Positions 9,499 through 19,249 are shown, numbered from the stretch's first letter. The stretch: DNA of 64,000 nucleotides from an uncultured Gammaproteobacteria bacterium (GCA_964503955.1 CAZDCG010000003.1:626-64625), one strand, 5' to 3'. Program-made: numbers and translations. Notes: generated from the sequence alone by a model not told the origin.

Positions 9499-9550
9499 CC
9501 ACCCCAACCGCCGTCGGTCCTTGGATAAGAACTTCGAGCGATGGGGGTGG
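9499..9550 (-). terminator. long hairpin element C, copy 2
   Basis: same outer stem and internal loop as 8600-8648, followed by U-rich tract. Confidence 0.65.
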
Positions 9551-9564
9551 TCAAAGACGAGGCG

Positions 9565-9903
9565 CTAGAGCAGGCTATTGAGCCATTCGTACAGCAACGT
9601 CAGGCTCTCGTCGGTGCTGGAGAAGGTGCCGTCCTGCGTCACGGCGGCGTTCTCGTAGAACACGAAATGGCCGTTGTCCTGCGCGTAACGGACCAGCGCG
9701 AGACGCGGACACCGCATGACGCTTGAGGAGCGGATCATGCTGGGCTCGCTGAGGTTCTTGGCGAGCCACTCCTCCTTGCCGTCCCACTGGCGGATTTCGG
9801 GCAGAAAGCCGCGCTCCTGAACGGCGGCCAGCAGCTTGTCCGAGCCACTCACGACATGGTCGGTCATGCTGGCCGGGTACACGTATACGAACAACTTCTT
9901 CAT
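9565..9903 (-). CDS. hypothetical protein, GC3-rich
   Basis: 112 aa; AAGGGG RBS; codon bias. Confidence 0.75.
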   Translation of the reverse strand: MKKLFVYVYPASMTDHVVSGSDKLLAAVQERGFLPEIRQWDGKEEWLAKNLSEPSMIRSSSVMRCPRLALVRYAQDNGHFVFYENAAVTQDGTFSSTDESLTLLYEWLNSLL

Positions 9904-9951
9904 TGGTCCCCTTTTCAGCAGCGGCCGATTACCGCTGAGTGGGCGATTACA

Positions 9952-10338
9952 TCATAGTTCAGACGGCAAGTCAACGGCGCGGGCAGATTCCCACTGATGC
10001 GCAAGCCAGTGGCTGAGCAGAGCGGCCGCATCTTGATCCATGACATAGGTCTCATCAGAGAGGATCGCAAAACGGCCAAAGAATAAAAAGTGGCCATGCC
10101 TTTTTGCAAAATGTGCGATCTGCGCGACGGTGCAATCCATGGATTGCGAAATGCGTATCAGGCTTGGCGGCGCATGCACAGGAATTGAAGAAAGTTTCCC
10201 ATTCCAGAGATATGCTTCAGGGATAATCCTTTGCTTGCTCAGGGTATCCGCCAGCCAAAAAGACAGAGCGGCCAATTGTTTGAAGCTCATCGGTGACGGC
10301 TGATAGATCCGGACGCGTTTTATCTTCCTGTTAGGCAT
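9952..10338 (-). CDS. hypothetical protein
   Basis: 128-aa ORF filling the gap, co-oriented with neighbours. Confidence 0.5.
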   Translation of the reverse strand: MPNRKIKRVRIYQPSPMSFKQLAALSFWLADTLSKQRIIPEAYLWNGKLSSIPVHAPPSLIRISQSMDCTVAQIAHFAKRHGHFLFFGRFAILSDETYVMDQDAAALLSHWLAHQWESARAVDLPSEL

Positions 10339-10395
10339 ATCTCAGAGACAAAAATCCCTCCTTTTAAGGAGGGAAGTTGCCGGCACTATGCTTTC

Positions 10396-10533
10396 TTAAA
10401 GATCAATACACCAATCCTTACTAATGATACAAAGATCTTTGTTCTTTTTCGTTGCGCCGGTTGAAGGAATTGCCGCCAGTGCGAATACAGCAGTACCCAG
10501 AACAAAGGATGAAAGCAGTCGTTTCAAATCCAT
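10396..10533 (-). CDS. 45-aa secreted peptide with C-terminal CxxxxxxC
   Basis: MDLKRLLSSFVLGTAVFALAAIPSTGATKKNKDLCIISKDWCIDL; hairpin plus U-tract downstream near 10351-10375. Confidence 0.55.
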   Translation of the reverse strand: MDLKRLLSSFVLGTAVFALAAIPSTGATKKNKDLCIISKDWCIDL

Positions 10534-10754
10534 AGAAATAATGCGTTTAAGTGAAATCCCCTCGATTCTATTACACAAAAAGCTGAACAATCTGCCGTAG
10601 GTGGTCTATGAGGTTGTAGGTTTTCGTTGTTCGTTTTTCGTGCCTTCTCACTGTATTTCCTAAGACCTAACACCTAAAACCTAGCTCGTTACCTTTTTCA
10701 AAATGCCTCGTATATACTAGTAGATGCGTAACGTATGACGCACTATCTACACCT

Positions 10755-11315
10755 ATGGATCCACAAGAACAGGCGCTGATCGCGTCTGCCAAAGAGGGGA
10801 ACGCGCAAGCTTTTGGCGAGCTTTATGACCGGTATATCAAGTCCATCTACGACTTCATCTACTATAAGACCTGGCATAAAGAAACCGCCGAAGACCTGAC
10901 GAGTCAAACCTTTTTCAAAGCGCTTCGCCAGCTGGCGAGCTATGCGCCGAAAAAGGCGGAGTTCTCCACCTGGCTCTACAGCATCGCACGCAATACCGTC
11001 ATTGACCATTACCGGACAAACCGTCCGCAAGATCCGATTGAAGATGCGCTTGCCCTTTCATCGCAAGGAGAGACCGACATCAGGCTTGACGCCAGGTTGA
11101 AACTTGAAAAGGTCAAAGAGGCCCTTGCCCGGCTCACACCCATGCAGCGCGAAATTATTTTGCTGAGAGTCTGGCAGGAGAAAAGCCATGAGGAAATCGC
11201 GGCGATTACCGGCAAAACGGAATCGGCCGTAAAAATGGCCTATTCACGGGCAATCAAGCAGCTTCGCTCTTCTGTTCCACTTAGCGCTTATCTTTTCTTC
11301 CTCCTTCACCTATGA
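10755..11315 (+). CDS. ECF RNA polymerase sigma factor
   Basis: AFGELYDRY, AEDLTSQTF, FSTWLYSIARN, region 4 EIAAITG. Confidence 0.93.
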   Translation: MDPQEQALIASAKEGNAQAFGELYDRYIKSIYDFIYYKTWHKETAEDLTSQTFFKALRQLASYAPKKAEFSTWLYSIARNTVIDHYRTNRPQDPIEDALALSSQGETDIRLDARLKLEKVKEALARLTPMQREIILLRVWQEKSHEEIAAITGKTESAVKMAYSRAIKQLRSSVPLSAYLFFLLHL

Positions 11316-12784
11316 AAAAACGCTCGATCCAGGAAATCCTTGAGGAGCTCTATGAGCTGGACGCGTCCTTGCGCGGCCGCGAACGGGAGCTTGAACCTCT
11401 GCTTGAGCAGCTGCTCGCCGCCAAGCCGGATACCCGCCTGAACAAGACATTTATCAATAGACTTAAAAAAGAACTTATGCAGGAAATGCAACCAACAGCA
11501 AAGCCGCTGATTGATTTCAAGTCGGCTTTGGGCGGCGCCCTTGCCACCGGGCTTATTGCCGTCGTGCTCTTTGTGGCTGTCGCGCCGAATCGTTCGCTGA
11601 TGCCGCAGATTTCACAGGATGGCAATCTCTCGTTCTTTGCACCGCAGACAACAAGGCTTGGCGGCAAAGCCTTTGGCGTGCTGACAGGCGATGCCTCGCA
11701 GGAAACTGATCTTTCAAAGATTTCCGCCCGCAATCCGGTTCCGGGCTTTGGCGGAGGCGGAGTCGTGGAAGACAGGGAAATGTCTGGTTTGATCTATCGT
11801 CCGGTTGAAGTACGCTATACCTATACAGGCGAGCCGCTTGAACTCACTCAGGAACAGGGGAATGTCTACCGCCGCCTCAAAGGTGAAGCATCCGCGGCAC
11901 AGCTGGCTTCCCATCTGCGATCTGTGAACCTGTCTGTGCTCAATCTTGGATCATTCAGCAATTTGATGCTCAATACCTTTCAGCTCTCTGAAAACCGCGA
12001 CCTGGGACTGCAGCTCTATGTTGATCTGATGGAAAGCTCCATCTCTATCAATCCAAACTGGGAGCGCTGGGGAAATGACTACAATCCGATTCCGGTTGAC
12101 CGGCTTCCATCCGATGAGGAATTGATCGCCATCGCGAATAATTTTCTGAGCAGCCATGGTGTTTCACTCGCGGCCTATGGACAGCCCCAGGTGAATAAAG
12201 AATTCCGTTACTGGATCGCGCTTGAAGGCCAGCCCGCTCCGGAGATCAACGAAATCAATATTGTCTATCCGCTTCAGCAGGAAGGGTTGGAAACTATGGA
12301 AAGCTATGGCGGCTTCTACGGCATCAATGTCAGCATCAACCTTGCACGCCGCCAGGTATACAGCGTGTCTAACCTGATCGCTCCGCATTGGGAACAGTCT
12401 GCCTACGATCTGGTCACTGACGCAGAGCGCGTGCTGGCCGTGGCGGAGCGCGGAGGACAGCCTATCTACTTCTTTGACCAGCCTGAAGAAAACCAGGAAG
12501 TGGTGGAGGTCCAGCTTGACCGGGCGGAACAAGTGTATGTACGTCACTGGGAATACAAGAATGACAAGTCAGAAGAGCTCTTTGTGCCAGCCATTAGATT
12601 CCACGTGGCAGAGCGGCCGGAGAACGCCCCTTACATTCAGGACTATATCGTCGTGCCGTTGATTGACGAGATTCTGAAGTCGTATGAAACGCAGCCGGAT
12701 GGATCCGTCAGACCGGAGCCTCGGCCATTACCGGTTGAACCGTTGATCGACGCGGACGCGCCGGTCGCGAGCACGGAAGGATAA
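11312..12784 (+). CDS. putative membrane anti-sigma factor with large extracellular domain
   Basis: coupled to ECF gene (ATGA overlap); short helical N-terminus, one TM helix, ~390-aa outer domain. Confidence 0.65.
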   Translation: MKKRSIQEILEELYELDASLRGRERELEPLLEQLLAAKPDTRLNKTFINRLKKELMQEMQPTAKPLIDFKSALGGALATGLIAVVLFVAVAPNRSLMPQISQDGNLSFFAPQTTRLGGKAFGVLTGDASQETDLSKISARNPVPGFGGGGVVEDREMSGLIYRPVEVRYTYTGEPLELTQEQGNVYRRLKGEASAAQLASHLRSVNLSVLNLGSFSNLMLNTFQLSENRDLGLQLYVDLMESSISINPNWERWGNDYNPIPVDRLPSDEELIAIANNFLSSHGVSLAAYGQPQVNKEFRYWIALEGQPAPEINEINIVYPLQQEGLETMESYGGFYGINVSINLARRQVYSVSNLIAPHWEQSAYDLVTDAERVLAVAERGGQPIYFFDQPEENQEVVEVQLDRAEQVYVRHWEYKNDKSEELFVPAIRFHVAERPENAPYIQDYIVVPLIDEILKSYETQPDGSVRPEPRPLPVEPLIDADAPVASTEG

Positions 12785-13334
12785 GCTAACGAGAAAAACC
12801 TCCCGCAAGGGAGGTTTTTTTGATGTCTTGGTTCCTGGTTCCTTCTCCCGCTATTGCGCCCTTCCTCGGCCCTTCCTAATTCCCAATTCTTTCGGCTTTG
12901 GGTCTTTAGGATGTTTAAGAACCAGGGGGAGGAATTAGGTATTAGGAATTGAGAAAGCCAGAACTCGCCCAAGCAAGCATCCGCATTTAGAAGTTTATTT
13001 CGGCCCTTCTTTTCTAGAGGGGGGGGGAACTATTTCCTTCCCCCTAAAAAAGAGGGACTGGACAAAACACGGATCAATCGAGGACGTGGCGAGGGGGTTC
13101 CGGGATGAGATACGGCAATGGACAGAGCACCACGAAGCTGAGCAGATAGCGCCACCCTGGCCTTTCCCGCTCGCAGACAGAGCCTACGACTGACCAGCAC
13201 TAGGTGTAACATGCTGCCGCGGCTGATCTTTCCCAATAAAGGAGGGCGGGTGTCAAAACCATGCAACAAAAACAGAACAGCCTGCCGATTATAGTGTAAT
13301 CATGCAATGAGGAGGTATCGTTAATGCTTTGTCT

Positions 13335-13814
13335 ATGCGAAAAGCCTATTTCCCTGGATTTGAAGAGGAGTATACAGAACGCATTGTCCGCCAGCTGAAT
13401 ACGCTTGTCGGTGATCTTTCGATCCACTATCACAACTTGCGGGGTTTTCATTGGAATGTAAAAGGACCGCACTTTCTTGAAACGCATGACTTTACCCAGC
13501 GCATGTATGAAGAGGCGGCAACCATGGCCGATGACCTGGCCGAGCGGATCAACGCGCTTGGAGGCACGCCCATCCATTCAGCCGATGAATTCGTGGAAGT
13601 GGCAAAGATTCCGTCCAAAAAGAATATCGAGCGGGCAAAAGACATCATGGAAGAAACGTTTGACGACAAAGAACAGATTCTGCAGGGACTGCGCATTGTA
13701 CAGCACCACGCAAGAGATTATGAAGATGATACAACGCTTAGTTTGCTGACGAAGTTGATCGCGAAAACAGAAAAAGAACTTTGGATGATTAAATCCTGGC
13801 TTTCCTATTTATGA
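13335..13814 (+). CDS. dps: Dps / ferritin-like DNA starvation protein
   Basis: FHWNVKGPHF..TH, DDLAERINALGG, EKELWM. Confidence 0.92.
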   Translation: MRKAYFPGFEEEYTERIVRQLNTLVGDLSIHYHNLRGFHWNVKGPHFLETHDFTQRMYEEAATMADDLAERINALGGTPIHSADEFVEVAKIPSKKNIERAKDIMEETFDDKEQILQGLRIVQHHARDYEDDTTLSLLTKLIAKTEKELWMIKSWLSYL

Positions 13815-14833
13815 AGAAACATGACGCACAATTTCTGCTCTTGTTTGCGGGCTCCGCCACCTTGCTGATTGTCTTTGCATTCCTGCTGCAGCATCCGATG
13901 CAAAGTTCGGCGCATGAAATCAAGGAGGAAGATTCCTCAGCATTGCAATTGCATCGCATTCCGTCCATGGATGCGAAGTTTGAATACGCGGGCGAAGAGT
14001 TTCAAATTCCCACTTTGCTGCCAATCTATAAGAAGATGACCGGCGGGCTTGAGCTGGCGGGTTTGCTCGGCCAGATTGCGCAAACCGATTTCACGCTGCT
14101 TGATATTGGCAGCTTTGATGCATTATCGATTGATTCGCTTGTGCTGCAGCAGGAACGGACGAAGGGATATACCATTAATATCAGCTTGATCGACGAAACA
14201 ATTTTCATTTCACCAAATTGGAATCAATGGGGCGACCGCGTTTACCAGCCGGTTGAAGAGAAAGATTTGCCGGAAGATTCCGCGCTGATTGCTTCGGCCT
14301 CTGCTTTTCTGGCTGAACACGGAATTGATCTGGAACAGTATGGGGATCCGGTTGTTGATCGCGCTTTTCTGCAGTATCAAACAACCGAACCGCTCATGGC
14401 CCCGGCTGAGCTGAATATTATCTACCCGCTTGCCTTTCATGGCTTGCACACCTACGAGCAATTCGGCTCTTTGTACGGGTTGTCGGTCGGGGTGAATACC
14501 AGGACGCTTGAGATCATGCGGGTTTCAAATCTAACAACGCTTGAATTTGAGGAAACAAAAGGCGACCTGATCAGTTCCATTGACGCATTGATCAAGCAAT
14601 TGAATCAGGATGCGGCTGCGCAGCCTGATGCTCCCGTCATCAAACTTGGCAATCCGCAATTGGTCTATGTCCGTGCCTGGGGCATTGATGATCAAGGGCT
14701 TTCCGTTCAGCAATTCGTTCCCGGTTTGCGGTTTGGCGTGATTGAAAAACCGGAGGAATATCCATGGATGACGGATCATCTGATCGTCCCGTTGAATAAA
14801 GATAATAGCGCGATACGTGTTTTCCCGTCATGA
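13811..14833 (+). CDS. membrane-anchored paralogue of the extracellular domain of 11312-12784
   Basis: shared blocks ISPNWNQWG / INPNWERWG, FLAEHGIDLEQYG / FLSSHGVSLAAYG, FVPGLRF / FVPAIRF. Confidence 0.8.
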   Translation: MKKHDAQFLLLFAGSATLLIVFAFLLQHPMQSSAHEIKEEDSSALQLHRIPSMDAKFEYAGEEFQIPTLLPIYKKMTGGLELAGLLGQIAQTDFTLLDIGSFDALSIDSLVLQQERTKGYTINISLIDETIFISPNWNQWGDRVYQPVEEKDLPEDSALIASASAFLAEHGIDLEQYGDPVVDRAFLQYQTTEPLMAPAELNIIYPLAFHGLHTYEQFGSLYGLSVGVNTRTLEIMRVSNLTTLEFEETKGDLISSIDALIKQLNQDAAAQPDAPVIKLGNPQLVYVRAWGIDDQGLSVQQFVPGLRFGVIEKPEEYPWMTDHLIVPLNKDNSAIRVFPS

Positions 14834-14897
14834 CGGTCCTCCTTTGACCCCCGGACAACTCTGTACTAGTGTATTCTTAGCTGCCATCAGGCGAGCG

Positions 14898-14918
14898 CGG
14901 GGTGTCGTATAACGGTAG
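14898..14918 (+). repeat. 21-bp duplicate of tRNA-Pro 5' end
   Basis: cggggtgtcgtataacggtag identical to 15021-15041. Confidence 0.9.
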
Positions 14919-15020
14919 GACATGTCTGCGGAGGGCGGGCATGCCCAGGAAAATTCAAAAAGGATTACCTTTCGGGCCGTAGCGCCCACGCCAGCCCTAG
15001 CGCGCAGCATAAAGTGATGT

Positions 15021-15094
15021 CGGGGTGTCGTATAACGGTAGTATATGCCCATGGGGTGGGTAAGGCCGGAGTTCAATTCTCCGCACCCCGACCA
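15021..15094 (+). tRNA. tRNA-Pro (GGG)
   Basis: acceptor CGGGGTG/CACCCCG, anticodon arm TGCCC-ATGGGGT-GGGTA, T arm CGGAG-TTCAATT-CTCCG, encoded CCA. Confidence 0.92.
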
Positions 15095-15120
15095 TTTAAA
15101 TCAATTATTTTTTTCTCATT

Positions 15121-16005
15121 ATGAAAGACAAAAAAGCTGTCATCACGGCGATTCTATCGCTTCTGGTCGTGATTGCTCTGATCGTGGCCATTCCGTATTT
15201 CTTTTTCAATGAACAGGATCCGTCAACGGGCGATCAGCCGCAGACGGGGCAGAATGGCCAGGAGCCGCAGCAACCCGTACAGGATGAACGCATCAATGTC
15301 AGCCAGCCTCGGCCAAATGACACGATTGATATGCCTCTTGTCGTGCGCGGTGAAGCGCGCGGCACCTGGTACTTTGAAGCAAGCTTCCCCGTTGAAGTGC
15401 GCAGCGCATCCGGAGAATTACTGGCCATCAAGCCTGCTCAGGCGCAGGGAGAATGGATGACGGAAGATTTTGTGCCGTTTGAAGTAACCTTTGAACATCT
15501 CAACTGGGGCGATGCCAAAGAAGGAGAATTGATTCTGCGCCGTGACAATCCTTCCGGCCTGCCTGAACATGACGCGCATATCACCATTCCGATCCGGTTC
15601 CCGGCATATGAAACCATGGCGGTGAATGTGTATTTCACCAATATCTATGAAGATCCGGAAATGCTAGATTGCGGAGCGGTTGATGCTTCTTCGCGCGGAA
15701 TCAAAAAGACACAGGCCACGGCTCAAGCCGCACTCCAGGAATTATTGGAGGGGCCGACAGAGGCGGAACTTTCCATGGGATTGCGAACCAATATTCCTGA
15801 GGGAACCAAACTCATCCGCGTGACCATCGATAAAGGGGAAGCACGCGCTTTATTCAGCCCGGAACTGGATCGCGGTATCGGCGGTTCCTGCCTCGTTACG
15901 GCTATTCGCGGCCAAATCGAAGAAACGCTGATGCAATTTGATACTGTCACAAGCGTCGTGATCTCGGTTGAAGGAAAAGATGACGCGGAAGTTTTGCAGC
16001 CGTAA
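15121..16005 (+). CDS. Gmad2 immunoglobulin-like plus GerMN domain protein
   Basis: GEARGTWYFEASFP, DNPSGLPE; ALQELLEGPT...QIEETLMQF; N-terminal TM. Confidence 0.85.
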   Translation: MKDKKAVITAILSLLVVIALIVAIPYFFFNEQDPSTGDQPQTGQNGQEPQQPVQDERINVSQPRPNDTIDMPLVVRGEARGTWYFEASFPVEVRSASGELLAIKPAQAQGEWMTEDFVPFEVTFEHLNWGDAKEGELILRRDNPSGLPEHDAHITIPIRFPAYETMAVNVYFTNIYEDPEMLDCGAVDASSRGIKKTQATAQAALQELLEGPTEAELSMGLRTNIPEGTKLIRVTIDKGEARALFSPELDRGIGGSCLVTAIRGQIEETLMQFDTVTSVVISVEGKDDAEVLQP

Positions 16006-16072
16006 CCAGATTGGGGATCATGTTGTAAACAAAAACCGCCCTAGATGAGAAAAAGGCGGTTTTTGATTTGCT

Positions 16073-17206
16073 TTATTGTCGATTGCCTTTTCGTTTTGAT
16101 GCGTCCGGCTCTTGTCCTCTGTTTTGCATCGAATCTTCGTCTTCATCCTTCTGCTTATCCTCATCCTCGTCTTTGTCCTTATCTTTCTCCTCCTCCTTCT
16201 CTTCTCGATGCTCTTTGCGGCCACGATCTGTTTTGTCTTTGCCTCGCAGAATATCAGGCTGATTCAGCTGCGACTTAGCAAATGCGCTTGCCTGAATAGC
16301 GAGCTTGAAGGATTCCTGAAAGAGCATCCGAGCTTCTTGATGGCGGGCTTCCTGAAAGGAAGATTCAGCGCGGGCAAAAGCCTCTTCTGATTCGAGCAGA
16401 TGCTGGACAGCTTTATCGTTGACCGTGATGGAGCGTTCTTCAATTTTTGCATGCTGCTCTTTGGCAGATGCGATGGCATCGCTTGCGCGTTGCTTGAAGC
16501 GTTCTACAAGCTCAACGGTCTGTTCTTCTTTTTTCTCTATTTCTGATTCAATGATCTCTTGTTCTTCTTCGATTGTGGCGGTTTGTTCTTCAAGATCAGC
16601 CTTGATTTGATGAATCCGGTTTTCGGTTTCATCGCTGATTTCAACAGTTGTTTCAATGACGGCAAAAATATCATTGTGAGCTTTAAATTTCGCTTCCAAT
16701 CGCGCATTGATTTGAGCGGCAGCTTCCAGGTTGCCTTTCTGTTCGAGCTTTTCGGCCAGCCGCGTGCTTTTTTCCGTATGGCGTTCCAGCCGCTTGGTCA
16801 GACGCTGTTTTACGCGCTCATCAAGCCGTCCGATCGCCGCGAGCTGTTCGGCTTCAAGCAGGCGTCGTTCAGCCAATTGCGCCTGCCAGACGGCTTCCTT
16901 GTCTTTGCTCAAGGTAAGGGCAGAAACGACGGGTTCATTCACATACACTTTGTAGGGGTAAAGAGGGTCGCCGGGCAGCGTATGCTCGGCAGCTAGCGCT
17001 GTGCCGCCGCCAAGAGTAAGCACCGCGGCGAAAAGGAGAGAGAGGGTCATAGGCATGGATGTTAATGGCAGCCAGCCTTTATGACGAGGAGCAGGGGAAT
17101 TTCTTACAGGATGCTCCTTGGCATAATGCAGGAGATTGCCGCGAAGCGCATCTCGCTCGTCTCCTTTAAGACGGATGGTTTCAAATTGTTTCCTGAGTTC
17201 TTTCAT
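16073..17206 (-). CDS. DUF5667-domain putative anti-sigma factor
   Basis: AAEHTLPGDPLYPYK...AERRLLEA after a TM helix; overlaps ECF gene. Confidence 0.8.
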   Translation of the reverse strand: MKELRKQFETIRLKGDERDALRGNLLHYAKEHPVRNSPAPRHKGWLPLTSMPMTLSLLFAAVLTLGGGTALAAEHTLPGDPLYPYKVYVNEPVVSALTLSKDKEAVWQAQLAERRLLEAEQLAAIGRLDERVKQRLTKRLERHTEKSTRLAEKLEQKGNLEAAAQINARLEAKFKAHNDIFAVIETTVEISDETENRIHQIKADLEEQTATIEEEQEIIESEIEKKEEQTVELVERFKQRASDAIASAKEQHAKIEERSITVNDKAVQHLLESEEAFARAESSFQEARHQEARMLFQESFKLAIQASAFAKSQLNQPDILRGKDKTDRGRKEHREEKEEEKDKDKDEDEDKQKDEDEDSMQNRGQEPDASKRKGNRQ

Positions 17207-17703
17207 AAATGTTGTTGAGCGATTTTTTGCATCTTATCTTTTGCACGATGCAATCGAACAGAAATGACATTGGCCGATTCTTCCATGACCCTGGCTATTT
17301 CTTTTGGCTTGAGGCCCTCCAGATACCGCATGATGATCAGCTGCCGTTCTTCTTCATTGAGTTCTTTCAGCACCGAGGCCACCAGATGAGCGGAGATGAT
17401 TTGGCCGGTATCCATTTCCATGCTTGGCTGAAAACCCTCTTCCTGCATGGTTTCAAGCGAGAGATCTTTTTTCTTGCGATGATAGTCGATAATCAGGTGG
17501 TTTGCGGTTTTATAGAGAAAAGCTTTCGGGTGCTGCACTTCCTTGCCGCTTGAGAGATAATCCCACATTTTCGTAAAGGTTTCTTGCGTGAGCTCAAGCG
17601 CTTTCTCCCGTTCAAAGACGCGAAAATAGCAGTGCCTGAAAATGGCATCCGCTTGTTTGTCGTATAAACGCAGAAAAAATTGTTCAAGTTTTGCAGGTTT
17701 CAT
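17203..17703 (-). CDS. ECF RNA polymerase sigma factor
   Basis: ELTQETF, FLYKTANHLIID, KEIARVM...VRLHRA. Confidence 0.92.
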   Translation of the reverse strand: MKPAKLEQFFLRLYDKQADAIFRHCYFRVFEREKALELTQETFTKMWDYLSSGKEVQHPKAFLYKTANHLIIDYHRKKKDLSLETMQEEGFQPSMEMDTGQIISAHLVASVLKELNEEERQLIIMRYLEGLKPKEIARVMEESANVISVRLHRAKDKMQKIAQQHL

Positions 17704-17762
17704 GCGGGTATGATTATATACGACGTAAACCAGGTCAAATTCTTACAGAGCTGATATTGCTT

Positions 17763-18437
17763 ATGATCATTCCGCTCTACAAACCAAAAGGGCCGACCTC
17801 GCATGACATGATCGATGCGGTGCGAAGAATTACCGGCATCAAAAAAGTCGGGCATGCGGGGACATTGGATCCGCTGGCCAGCGGTGTTTTGGTCGTGGGC
17901 ATTACGCGCGAAGGAACCAGGCAAATGCATGAGCTGGTAAAGAAAGAGAAGGAGTATATCGCAACGATCAAATTAGGACAGACAAGCACGACAGATGATG
18001 AGGAGGGGGAGAAATCAGGCTTGCTAGATGTGCTAAACTTGCCGGACGAAGCGCAAATCCGAGCGATCCTTCCGAATTTTTTGGGCCGTATCCAGCAGGT
18101 TCCTCCCGTTTACAGTGCGGTAAAAATCCAGGGCAAACCAGCCCATCGCCGCGTGCGCAAAGGAGAGGAAATCACTTTGGAGCCGCGCGAGGTGGAAATC
18201 AAAGAAATTGAGCTGCTTTCTTATGCATGGCCTCTGCTTGTCATCCGTGTAGCGACGGGATCGGGTGTTTATATCCGTTCGCTCGCGCGCGATCTTGGCC
18301 AAGCACTTGGCTGCGGAGGATATTTGGCAGATCTTGAGCGCACGCGGGTGGGGCAATGGTCTAAAGAGGAAGCACTCACCCTTGAAGCATTTGAACGGAA
18401 ATGGGAGGATGAACTTGCCAAGCAAATCACTCTATGA
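17763..18437 (+). CDS. truB: tRNA pseudouridine(55) synthase
   Basis: KPKGPTSHD, KVGHAGTLDPLASG, PPVYSAVK, YIRSLARDLG. Confidence 0.96.
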   Translation: MIIPLYKPKGPTSHDMIDAVRRITGIKKVGHAGTLDPLASGVLVVGITREGTRQMHELVKKEKEYIATIKLGQTSTTDDEEGEKSGLLDVLNLPDEAQIRAILPNFLGRIQQVPPVYSAVKIQGKPAHRRVRKGEEITLEPREVEIKEIELLSYAWPLLVIRVATGSGVYIRSLARDLGQALGCGGYLADLERTRVGQWSKEEALTLEAFERKWEDELAKQITL

Positions 18438-19249
18438 AATCGATACTTGCCATTCACGGCGTGGGCATGGTGGGCGGCGCGCATGCGCGCTATTTTTTAG
18501 AGCAGGGGCATGAAGTCCGGCAAATTGATCCGGCAAAGCGGCTTGATGATCCCATTCATGATGTCGCCCTGCACTTTATCTGCGTGCCCACCCCGTATCA
18601 AACAGAGGGAAACGGATTTGATTTGTCTTTTGTGCGCGCCGCGCTCTCTTTTATCGCGACGAACCGTGCGTCTCTGCCAACCCTGGTGGTGATCAAATCC
18701 ACGGTCTTGCCAGGGACAACGGCCGCTCTGCAAAAGGAGTATCCGGATTTTTCCTTATTCTTCTCTCCGGAATTTCTGACCGAGAAGAATGCGGATCATG
18801 ATTTGCGCCATCCCGACCGGGTGATTGTCGGTTCTGCACAAACCGCATCTGCTCACCGAGCAAAGGAAATTCTTGATCTCTTTCCTGAGGCGCCGTTTCG
18901 TGAAACGATGTCCGCCACGGAAGCGGAACTCGTCAAGTACTTTGGCAATGCCTTTCTGGCGACAAAGGTCATCTTTTCAAATCTCATATTCGATTTTTGC
19001 GAAAAACTTGGCCTTGATTATGAGCGCGTTTCGCAAGCTGCCGGCTATGATCGGCGCATCGGCCATAGCCATATGAATGTTTTGCATGACGGATACCGGG
19101 GATATGGCGGTTCCTGTTTTCCAAAAGATGTCCGCGCGCTGATCCAAAAAGCCCGCGAACTTGGCCTTGATGCCGGTTTGCTTGAAGAAGCGGAGCGGCT
19201 GAATGCCGTATACCGTTCTAAGAGCATTAGAAGAGAGAAAGCAGAATGA
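18434..19249 (+). CDS. UDP-glucose/GDP-mannose dehydrogenase family protein (short form)
   Basis: GVGMVG, CVPTP, KSTVLPGTT, SPEFLTE, GYGGSCFPKD. Confidence 0.88.
   Translation: MKSILAIHGVGMVGGAHARYFLEQGHEVRQIDPAKRLDDPIHDVALHFICVPTPYQTEGNGFDLSFVRAALSFIATNRASLPTLVVIKSTVLPGTTAALQKEYPDFSLFFSPEFLTEKNADHDLRHPDRVIVGSAQTASAHRAKEILDLFPEAPFRETMSATEAELVKYFGNAFLATKVIFSNLIFDFCEKLGLDYERVSQAAGYDRRIGHSHMNVLHDGYRGYGGSCFPKDVRALIQKARELGLDAGLLEEAERLNAVYRSKSIRREKAE

Noticed and set aside
13065-13256. tmRNA, RNase P RNA or SRP RNA
   Set aside because: No tRNA-like ends, no GAGGAAAGUCC, no SRP GGAA/AGCAG domain; kept only as an unassigned candidate.
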